Shown here: piece by piece, positions 16,601-22,118 of the stretch
Layout of the letters: the number at the start of each line of letters is the position of its first letter
Position numbering within the stretch: the stretch's first letter is position 1
Source of the DNA: a virus
IMG/VR virus record: IMGVR_UViG_2713897325_000001
Location: 1-43,314 of that record
DNA: 43,314 nt
Reading direction: 5' to 3' (one strand)
Notes under the pieces: generated by a model
Seen by the model: the letters and a program-made list of their open reading frames with translations, nothing else
Told to the model about the DNA's origin: nothing
Databases searched by the model: none
Translations under genes and position numbers: made by a program

Positions 16601-17002
16601 GCATGGGCTGGCGCGCAGTTGGGCGCCACGATCGGTACGTTTATTTTGCCTGGTGTGGGGACTGCCATCGGCGGCGCCCTGGGCGGCTTGGCGGGCGGGT
16701 TTGCGGGCGGCGAGGTCGGCGACTGGCTCGGCGACAAGATTGGCGGATGGTTCAGCGAAGACAAGTTGAGTCCTCCCGATCAGGTCGCAAGCGACCTGGC
16801 TGCGGGCGGGATCTCGGAGTCAAAAAACACGACGTTTGCGCCGAGTATCACGATTCAGCCGAGCGGTGATCCGGCTTATGACAAGGGCATGGCGGATAAA
16901 ATCATGGAGCGAATCAGGGCTGAGTTTCAGTCGATGATGCTTGGCGGCGACTCGTCGCTCGGGCAGCGCCGTAGTTCTTCTTTGACCGATGGGGGTAGTT
17001 GA
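13688..17002 (+). CDS. Tail tape measure protein
   Basis: 1104 aa with a GTG start preceded by AAGGGG. The N-terminal third is coiled-coil, the central part is a TMP-like helical region, then come an Ala/Pro/Arg/Gly low-complexity block and a C-terminal glycine-zipper. It sits between the chaperone and gpU as in P2. Confidence 0.9.
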   Translation: MAEQKYSLRLAAVDAYTSTFGDFSKKTAKINEGMREQRAEIDRLNRAARSADGFDKLSEKVVKTKAALQAARLEQNRLGREQKAAAVKVQELNQQHAEASARLSKLSASSQASTAQIRAARVETTRLARDLKSASADMGKLDTAQDKASASVKTLSAAQRAERNELKSLQSALKGAGVDTGKLASEQKRLKTETAAANNALQAQQAKLKAVQGAQSKIDGNRGKRAELRGQMVETAAMAYVATRPINHAMDMQTSMADVGKVINFGEGEREAMASANLKLASDRMIASSGMTAIDLAKIEYAAGQSGIGNDVKNKDGTVDQKGKQAAIMDFTRDAAIMGAAFDIGAQEAGETMAGWRASMNLNRAQTLDLADSTNYLGNSFNATASDIASVVKRYGAVGKASGMSPEQTAALSAAFLNPGTEKEIAGTGFKNFTAALTKGQAATKGQKEAWKDLGFDPVDLSRDMQKNAPDTIMRVLKAIKQQPVAEQAAVATELFGSESIGAIQPLLQNLGEVQRAFDMVKDKSKYATSALGANGSMMQEAAGVANTSRTGWNSFTARLTRLSTVIGTAMLPAVDAVLAPLGKVVDMIADAAEAFPGVTSAIAIGVAGLVAAKVAITGLKFGGLLLGQGLNKGGLLRAKLGGAGSPDRTAASADRASKAVARLNSNLDRLGGQRGAGGPRITPRAAGAARTAGAANRSTRRRESRAARAAVRRSARSPAARITPVVSPTPAPAPAAGSRFAGSRARIAAAAAATTAAAAAGSAMASGGSSIGFSGAGHVSARGGLPAAPDALIRPAAASAAAAPVVRLVAPGASGAPGATSVVQAARQAAPIATSAAPAAIAAAAPVASQAASTMSAAIDPVASEAAAVTAAAVKADPPAWVGAVETLAESWPAADDEPGHDPAGGPPGGPHPPGGRRAKLKRMGKKGAAALMQAAPALLSAGMSQAGDEGSSTAEVGASVGSAGGSMAGAWAGAQLGATIGTFILPGVGTAIGGALGGLAGGFAGGEVGDWLGDKIGGWFSEDKLSPPDQVASDLAAGGISESKNTTFAPSITIQPSGDPAYDKGMADKIMERIRAEFQSMMLGGDSSLGQRRSSSLTDGGS

Positions 17003-17379
17003 TGTCGCAGCAAATGGCGCTCGGGGAGTTCGTGTTCGGCCTGTCGAGCGATTTCCCCTATGACACGCTCGATCGCAAGACGACGGGCGGATGGGTCAGT
17101 CTGGATATCATCAGCAGCAAGCCGCGCTCACACCAGACCGGGCAGGGCCTCGAGACTCTGCGCCTGCAGGGGAAAGCGCAATGGGCTGCAGGAATGGCCC
17201 GCGTTGAGGCTTTGCGCTCGATGGCGAACGCGCGGGTGCCTTACATGCTCGTCGACGGCATCGGCCGTGTGTGGGGGCGCTGGCGTATCAACTCGGTCGA
17301 CGAGTCGCAGAAACGCACTGTGGACGACGGGACCGCGACTCTGCTCGAGTGGACGCTCGAGCTTGAGGAATTTTTCTGA
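17002..17379 (+). CDS. Tail protein U (P2 gpU family)
   Basis: ATG 17002 overlaps the TMP stop (TGATG); an alternative TTG start is at 16999. MSQQMALGEFVFG...LRLQG......G......L..M......Y.LVDG.G...G.W.I.SV.E parallels P2 gpU. Confidence 0.85.
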   Translation: MSQQMALGEFVFGLSSDFPYDTLDRKTTGGWVSLDIISSKPRSHQTGQGLETLRLQGKAQWAAGMARVEALRSMANARVPYMLVDGIGRVWGRWRINSVDESQKRTVDDGTATLLEWTLELEEFF

Positions 17380-17591
17380 TGCGCACAGTGCTTTCTATCG
17401 CAGGTGATACCGCAAACATCCTGCTCTATCGCGAGACGGGCAGGTCTGACGACGAGGCCGAGGCTGCTTTCTGGCTTTTGAATCCGGGCCTCGCTGAGCA
17501 TGGGGCCGCTCTGCCGTCAGGCGTGCGGGTAAACCTGCCGGAGCTCGACAAAAAGCCGGCCGTTTCTACACGCGCCAGCGCCTGGGATTAA
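17379..17591 (+). CDS. Tail protein X (P2 gpX family)
   Basis: 70 aa with a TGATG start overlap. GDTANILLYRETGRSDDEAEAAFWLLNPGLAEHGAALPSGVRVNLPE fits the gpX pattern. Confidence 0.8.
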   Translation: MRTVLSIAGDTANILLYRETGRSDDEAEAAFWLLNPGLAEHGAALPSGVRVNLPELDKKPAVSTRASAWD

Positions 17592-17601
17592 TGGGGGAGT
17601 T

Positions 17602-18615
17602 ATGACGCTTGGATTTACGCCGCTTGTCCGCGTGACGGGCGCAAATGCGGATCTGATAAATTCGCGCCTGGTCGACTGGGAGCACGTCGACGCTGCAGGT
17701 ATCGAATCGGATTCGCTAAAGCTGACGATCAACATTGAGGGCCTCGACGGTTTGCCGAGCCCGGACGGGAAAATCGGGCTGCAGGTTGGGTATGCAGAGA
17801 CAGGGCTCGTCGACGTCGGCGAGTTCACGATTAAGGACACGAAGCCCCAGCTATTCCCGGCCCTGCTGACCATCGTCGCCACGGCCGCGCCGTTCAAGGT
17901 GGCCGACGATACGAAGTTCAAAGAGCGTCGGTCGGCTTCCTACGGTCCGACCACGCTTGGCGCAGTCTTTCGAGAGCTCACGGGAAAGCACGGATTCTCC
18001 CCGCGAATTTCGCCTGAGTTGGATGCGCTGGTTATCGACCACGTCGACCAGACGAACGAGACGGATATGGGGTTTCTGACCCGGATATCTGACAAGTACG
18101 ACGCTGTTACGAAACCGGTCAATGACCTGTATGTCATGGGGCGCCGGGGCGAGCTCAAGTCGCTGTCGGGCAAGGCGGCGCCGACCGTGGTCCTTTCGGT
18201 CACGAAGGGCGCCAGGCCCGACGAGCGATCGTTTATCAATGCCACGCTCGACGAGAATAGCCGCGTCAAGTTCAAGGGCTGCAAAACGACCTGGTGGGAT
18301 GGCGCCAAGGCCGAAGAGTGTACGGTTGAGACGGGCACGGAGCCGTTCAAGCGTGACCGCCAGCGCTATCAGAACGAGGCCGAGGCAAAGGCTGCGGGTG
18401 AGGGCGCGTCGCGCAAGCTCAAGCGCGAGTCAAGGCAGGTCACAATTGACTGTCCGGGTAACCCGCTGCTGCAGGCCGAGGGTGTTGTCATTCTCGACGG
18501 CACTTGGCCGTCGTACATGCAAGGCGCCTGGTCTATCGACAAGGCCACGGCCTCGGGCTCGCGCCAGCAAAGTTACCGCTGCCGGGTCGTTGCAACCCTT
18601 CCTGTTGACGATTGA
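17602..18615 (+). CDS. Tail / late control protein D (P2 gpD family)
   Basis: 337 aa with a GGGGAG Shine-Dalgarno. It is the last gene of the U-X-D block as in P2, with a gpD-like sequence (SDSLKLTI....G......G....L..GY...G). Confidence 0.85.
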   Translation: MTLGFTPLVRVTGANADLINSRLVDWEHVDAAGIESDSLKLTINIEGLDGLPSPDGKIGLQVGYAETGLVDVGEFTIKDTKPQLFPALLTIVATAAPFKVADDTKFKERRSASYGPTTLGAVFRELTGKHGFSPRISPELDALVIDHVDQTNETDMGFLTRISDKYDAVTKPVNDLYVMGRRGELKSLSGKAAPTVVLSVTKGARPDERSFINATLDENSRVKFKGCKTTWWDGAKAEECTVETGTEPFKRDRQRYQNEAEAKAAGEGASRKLKRESRQVTIDCPGNPLLQAEGVVILDGTWPSYMQGAWSIDKATASGSRQQSYRCRVVATLPVDD

Positions 18616-18654
18616 AAAAGCCCCCACTGCCTAACGGCGGTGGGGGCTTTTTTT
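18615..18654. terminator. Bidirectional rho-independent terminator between convergent operons
   Basis: AAAAA-GCCCCCAC-(tgcctaacggcg)-GTGGGGGC-TTTTTTT. The A-run and T-run flanks let it function on both strands. Confidence 0.8.
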
Positions 18655-18665
18655 CGTTTCTGGCG

Positions 18666-19025
18666 TTACTGCGCGAACAGCTCGTCCGGCATGGTGGGCG
18701 GGTTCTGGTAGTCGGTCATTACGTTCGGTAGGTTCTGCAGGTCTACGCCGGTGCCCATACGGTTTATGACTTCCATTGCGGCACCATTGCCGGCTACCCA
18801 CATATCGCCGCGCTTGAGCCAGGCGCTGGCCGGCGCGTCGTTGGCCTTGTAGCGGCATGCGCCCCAGCGGCGCCCGTCGACTTTCTCGATCGAGCAGTTG
18901 ACCTTTAGGCCGACGCGATCGTTTACGCGCTCGAGCGCGTTGGCGTCTTTGTTGACCAGATCGTTTATGAATATCGCGAGTAGTGCTACAGCGGCGGCGC
19001 CGATGAGCAGGTGCTTGGCTTTCAT
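18666..19025 (-). CDS. Small signal-anchored/secreted hypothetical protein (moron-like)
   Basis: I chose the ATG preceded by AAGGAG (MKAKHLLIGAAAVALLAIF...) over the longer 19067 start. It has an N-terminal hydrophobic signal or anchor and two Cys residues, with no lipobox. Terminators flank it on both sides. Confidence 0.65.
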   Translation of the reverse strand: MKAKHLLIGAAAVALLAIFINDLVNKDANALERVNDRVGLKVNCSIEKVDGRRWGACRYKANDAPASAWLKRGDMWVAGNGAAMEVINRMGTGVDLQNLPNVMTDYQNPPTMPDELFAQ

Positions 19026-19065
19026 GCTGCGCGGATCTCCTTTTGGTTGAGGCGCGCAGGGTAGC

Positions 19066-19091
19066 AAAAAGCCCGCTGGGGCGGCGGGCTT
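19066..19091 (-). terminator. Rho-independent terminator after the methyltransferase gene
   Basis: On the - strand: GCCCGC-cgcccca-GCGGGC followed by TTTTTG. Confidence 0.6.
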
Positions 19092-19098
19092 GTGGGGT

Positions 19099-20022
19099 TT
19101 ATGCGGAAAGTTGAACTGCTCGGATGACTTGGTCGGCTGCTTTGGGCGGTACGGCGTTGCCGGCCATATGCACTGTTAGGCGATGATTATCCGGTCGGCG
19201 GGTGTCGGCCGGGAATGTCATGGCCTGTAGTACCTCGTCGGCGCTGACCATTCGCATCCTGTCGCCGTCGACCAGCGCCCAGCGATCGCGGGTTGTGATG
19301 GTTCCAATCGGCCGTTCGAGGCATCGCCCGGTCAGGCCTGAGCCTTTCCCGTAGTAGGGCATGATGAAGCGCTCGCCAAAACTCTTTCTGCCGTTCTCTA
19401 CGCGGCGCAGAGTAGCCTCGGCGCGCCCTGGGCGGATGATGGGTGACCACTTGCCGGCGTTGAAGTCTAGGAAGCTGGACGCGGGTACGTGCTGGTGTCT
19501 TGGGATCTGCAGCATTAGCGGGGCCTTGCTGCGAGTGCATACGAGAAATAATCGAACGCGGTGTTGCGGCACGCCGAGGTCGGCGCAGTCGAGAATGTGT
19601 GGTGCCAGTTGATATCCAAGCGCCCGCATCGCTTGCGACCACGCCGGGTAAAGTGTCCATCGGGTGAACTCGGGGACGTTTTCAATTATGGCTATTTCTG
19701 GTTTGTGGAACTCGAGCGCCGAGACTACAGCCCACGCGGTCGACCGTGATGCGTCGTGCTGGGGGTTGCCTGCTGTTTTTCCGCGAGCTCGAGTGTGGCC
19801 TTGGCAGCATGGAGCGGCCAGAAGCATGTCGTGGGCGGGAACCTTTGACCAGTCAGCCTGGTGCAGGTCTTGGCACACATGCATTGCTTGAGGGTGGTTT
19901 GCGGTGTGCCATTCGACAGCGGTCGGCCAGTGATTTGCAGCCCATAGGACTTCTACTCCTGCCATTTTTGCGCCTGACGTCCAGCCCCCGAGGCCTGCAA
20001 ACAAATCGACGGCGGTTGTCAT
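19099..20022 (-). CDS. DNA (cytosine-5)-methyltransferase, orphan
   Basis: Motif I DLFAGLGG; motif IV APCCQGHT (a variant of GPPCQxFS); motif VI IIENVPEF; motif VIII QHRVRLF; motif X AGNAVPP. I chose the ATG preceded by GGGGAG (MTTAVDLFAG...). The track's longer start at 20076 has no Shine-Dalgarno. Confidence 0.85.
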   Translation of the reverse strand: MTTAVDLFAGLGGWTSGAKMAGVEVLWAANHWPTAVEWHTANHPQAMHVCQDLHQADWSKVPAHDMLLAAPCCQGHTRARGKTAGNPQHDASRSTAWAVVSALEFHKPEIAIIENVPEFTRWTLYPAWSQAMRALGYQLAPHILDCADLGVPQHRVRLFLVCTRSKAPLMLQIPRHQHVPASSFLDFNAGKWSPIIRPGRAEATLRRVENGRKSFGERFIMPYYGKGSGLTGRCLERPIGTITTRDRWALVDGDRMRMVSADEVLQAMTFPADTRRPDNHRLTVHMAGNAVPPKAADQVIRAVQLSA

Positions 20023-20174
20023 GCTGATGGCTCCCCTATCATTCGTAGGAAGCCGTTCCAGGCGATCAGGCTGCATTCGCGTGAGAGATATGCCTCAACA
20101 AGCGCACGGTTTGCTGGGTCTGCTGCTTCGCGCAGGCTGAGGCCGCGCGCTGTGGTATAGTCCTTTTTGGACAT
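20019..20174 (-). CDS. 51-aa hypothetical ORF translationally coupled (ATGA) to the methyltransferase
   Basis: Hand translation gives MSKKDYTTARGLSLREAADPANRALVEAYLSRECSLIAWNGFLRMIGEPSA. A GGGGA Shine-Dalgarno lies 6 nt upstream, and the stop overlaps the methylase ATG. It is too short to appear in the ORF track. Confidence 0.45.
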   Translation of the reverse strand: MSKKDYTTARGLSLREAADPANRALVEAYLSRECSLIAWNGFLRMIGEPSA

Positions 20175-20203
20175 GATCATTCCCCAAGGTTTTATCGGTC
20201 CTG

Positions 20204-20231
20204 CCTGGCAGCGGTCGCACCCGCTGTCAGG
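20204..20231 (-). other. Strong intergenic hairpin between the par operon and the methylase operon (no U-tract)
   Basis: CCTGACAGCGG-gtgcga-CCGCTGCCAGG: an 11-bp stem with one mismatch. The function (attenuator, processing site or protein site) is unknown. Confidence 0.4.
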
Positions 20232-20240
20232 CCCCTTTCT

Positions 20241-20552
20241 TCACTTCAGTGATTCCAGTCGGCGACGCAATTCCTCCTTATCCTCGACTTCGAAATGCCC
20301 CTTTCCTTGCTCGTACTTTTTGAACAGGTCGTCTAGCGCTTCAATGATCAGATATTTGACCGGAACGTTATCGGCCGACATGCTTTTTATGTCGTTCGTG
20401 CCCCGGTGATACCTGACCGGCACGATAGCTTTTAGCTGCTTCTCCTCGGTTGACTCGGTGATCACTGCGCGCCGAGCCTTTTCGACGTGTGGCTCAACTG
20501 GTGCTGCTGGCCCGCGCCCTGGGCGGGTTGTGCTGAGTGCCGTCTCTTTCAT
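20241..20552 (-). CDS. Small partition partner of ParA, putative ribbon-helix-helix centromere-binding protein (ParG-like)
   Basis: 103 aa with an ATGA overlap onto the parA stop. A disordered N-terminus is followed by LKAIVPVRY (beta), HRGTNDIKSMSADN (helix 1) and VKYLIIEALDDLFKKYE (helix 2), as in type Ib CBPs such as ParG. Confidence 0.6.
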   Translation of the reverse strand: MKETALSTTRPGRGPAAPVEPHVEKARRAVITESTEEKQLKAIVPVRYHRGTNDIKSMSADNVPVKYLIIEALDDLFKKYEQGKGHFEVEDKEELRRRLESLK

Positions 20553-21196
20553 TTGTCGAGCTCCATAAGTTCAAGCGTAAGCGCTTCGATTTCTAGGCGC
20601 GCCTCGTCGTCAGCGGCCAGATCCATGACGCTGTTGCCTTGCGCGATTCCCTTTCCATACGCAACGCGCTGGTGCGTCTGTGTTGTTGTGAGAGGTAGTT
20701 CGTAGTTGAGCAGTGCCTTCTGCGCGTCGCGCTCGAGGATGGTCCCTGCGATGGCTCTGGCGATCATTAGCACGGCCTTTGGCGTGCCGCCTGTAACTTC
20801 CTGTCGGTCCTTTACCAGTTGGACCATATCGGCGGTCGCCCAAATGTCGTACTGGCTTGGCTGCACGGGAATGATCACCAGGTCGGACACTTTTACAGCG
20901 TCGGACGTCAGCGTACTTATCTGCGGGATGCCGTCGATTATTACGTAGTCGTATCCGCTCGATATCCTCGGTAGGTCGCGTTTCAGTGTCTCCCGCATGA
21001 TCACGCAGGGGATCAGTGTCGCGGTGTCTGCGCGGGACGTAGCCCAGTCGGTTGCGGAGCCTTGGCGGCCGTCGAGGTCAACGAGAAGCACGCTCTTTTT
21101 GTGCTTGTCGGCCAGGCAGCAGGCGACGTTCGTTGCGGTCGTCGTCTTGGTCGTGCCGCCTTTTTGGTTCTGAATTGTCCAGATTCTTGCTGCCAT
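20549..21196 (-). CDS. parA: Partition ATPase ParA, type Ib (small, no N-terminal HTH)
   Basis: 215 aa with the deviant Walker A motif IQNQKGGTTKTTTATNVA, plus LLVDLDGRQGS and IIDGIP motifs. GAGG Shine-Dalgarno 8 nt upstream. Confidence 0.9.
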   Translation of the reverse strand: MAARIWTIQNQKGGTTKTTTATNVACCLADKHKKSVLLVDLDGRQGSATDWATSRADTATLIPCVIMRETLKRDLPRISSGYDYVIIDGIPQISTLTSDAVKVSDLVIIPVQPSQYDIWATADMVQLVKDRQEVTGGTPKAVLMIARAIAGTILERDAQKALLNYELPLTTTQTHQRVAYGKGIAQGNSVMDLAADDEARLEIEALTLELMELDK

Positions 21197-21226
21197 GATT
21201 GAGGCCTCGCAGTGATTGAGAGCGTG

Positions 21227-21255
21227 AATATACGTACAAATGTACCTTTGTACAA
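21227..21255 (-). promoter_or_regulatory. Putative sigma70 promoter of the parA operon
   Basis: Read on the coding strand: TTGTAC, a 17-nt spacer, then TATATT, about 30 nt upstream of the parA ATG. Confidence 0.55.
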
Positions 21256-21280
21256 TAGGTCATAAGGGCAAAGGTACAAA
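21234..21280. promoter_or_regulatory. Cluster of TTTGTAC/GTACAAA heptads overlapping the par promoter (candidate operator/centromere)
   Basis: Four GTAC cores within 44 bp. TGTACCTTTG and its complement CAAAGGTACA form a 10-bp inverted repeat 18 bp apart, and further TTGTAC copies form the -35 element. Confidence 0.5.
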
Positions 21281-21591
21281 ACAAGCAGCGCGAAGCGCCA
21301 TCCTTTAAAGCGACCTTGTCCCTGCGGCGGGCGTCGTCCTTTCTCAATGTGCCCGAAAGCCCCTGCAGATGGGGCTTGCACGCCCTATGCATCCTAGTAA
21401 GGACCGCGCCGGTCCTTTGGGCGTATGTCCCTTCAAGCCCCTCTCTGGCCTTGGCCGACCTTACAGCTTTCCATTTCCTATTTTCTGTCGCCGAAAGGCA
21501 TTACCAGACCAAGGGGCACTATGACATAGGGTCATTGGTGTATGTCATTCACCCCTAACCCATTCCCACATACATCCAAAGCCCAAGCCCA

Positions 21592-21637
21592 GCATGCACC
21601 CCTTGCCCTTGCGCAAGCAAGGGTCAGGGGTGCATGC
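21592..21637. repeat. Secondary imperfect palindrome flanking the axis (mirror of 21678..21723)
   Basis: GCATGCACCCCTGACCCTTGC / GCAAGGGCAAGGGGTGCATGC arms of 21 nt with 2 mismatches, around the CTTGCGCAAG core. Contains the palindrome GTGCATGCAC. Confidence 0.7.
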
Positions 21638-21644
21638 ACTGTGT

Positions 21645-21670
21645 CCCCATTCTATACGTATAGAATGGGG
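21645..21670. other. Palindrome axis: putative protelomerase target / hairpin telomere core
   Basis: CCCCATTCTATAC|GTATAGAATGGGG. The CTATACGTATAG centre flanked by ATGG is, as I recall them, like the phiHAP-1/VP882 (..CATACTATACGTATAGTATG..) and N15 (CCATTATACGCGCGTATAATGG) tel sites. Confidence 0.6.
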
Positions 21671-21677
21671 ACACAGT

Positions 21678-21723
21678 GCATGCACCCCTGACCCTTGCTT
21701 GCGCAAGGGCAAGGGGTGCATGC
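21678..21723. repeat. Secondary imperfect palindrome flanking the axis
   Basis: 21-nt arms at 21678-21698 and 21703-21723 with 2 mismatches and loop TTGC. GGGGTGCATGC recurs as GGGGTGAATG at about 21761. Confidence 0.7.
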
Positions 21724-22034
21724 TGGGCTTGGGCTTTGGATGTATGTGGGAATGGGTTAGGGGTGAATGACATACACCAATGACCCTATGTCATAGTGCC
21801 CCTTGGTCTGGTAATGCCTTTCGGCGACAGAAAATAGGAAATGGAAAGCTGTAAGGTCGGCCAAGGCCAGAGAGGGGCTTGAAGGGACATACGCCCAAAG
21901 GACCGGCGCGGTCCTTACTAGGATGCATAGGGCGTGCAAGCCCCATCTGCAGGGGCTTTCGGGCACATTGAGAAAGGACGACGCCCGCCGCAGGGACAAG
22001 GTCGCTTTAAAGGATGGCGCTTCGCGCTGCTTGT

Positions 22035-22081
22035 TTTGTACCTTTGCCCTTATGACCTATTGTACAAAGGTACATTTGTAC
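22035..22081. promoter_or_regulatory. TTTGTAC heptad cluster (candidate par operator/centromere), arm 2 copy
   Basis: Exact mirror of 21234..21280. Confidence 0.5.
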
Positions 22082-22088
22082 GTATATT
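22060..22088 (+). promoter_or_regulatory. Putative sigma70 promoter of the parA operon, arm 2 copy
   Basis: TTGTAC (22060-22065), 17 nt, TATATT (22083-22088). Mirror of 21227..21255. Confidence 0.55.
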
Positions 22089-22118
22089 CACGCTCTCAAT
22101 CACTGCGAGGCCTCAATC

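Noticed and set aside
20023-20076. Longer 325-aa start of the methyltransferase (and the analogous longer start 19026..19067 of the exported protein)
   Set aside because: Neither upstream ATG has a Shine-Dalgarno, whereas the internal ATGs have GGGGAG and AAGGAG respectively. For the exported protein, the internal start yields a proper signal peptide. The longer starts remain possible alternatives.
18615-20231. A restriction endonuclease or other defence partner next to the C5 methyltransferase
   Set aside because: The only neighbours are a 51-aa ORF and a 119-aa exported protein. Neither is large enough or shows nuclease motifs (PD-(D/E)xK, HNH). The methylase is therefore called orphan.
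21316-21558. 80-aa ORF in the telomere-proximal spacer (mirror 21757..21999), plus ORFs 21013..21381 and 21078..21392
   Set aside because: They have no Shine-Dalgarno and run through the repeat and hairpin elements or antisense to parA. Their composition is not protein-like (Ser/Pro/Leu/Cys-rich). I treated the region as non-coding.
21592-21723. Possibility that the central repeats are a CRISPR array or transposon/IS terminal inverted repeats
   Set aside because: There are no regularly spaced direct repeats with unique spacers, and no transposase or cas genes. The inverted symmetry spans the whole window rather than short termini.
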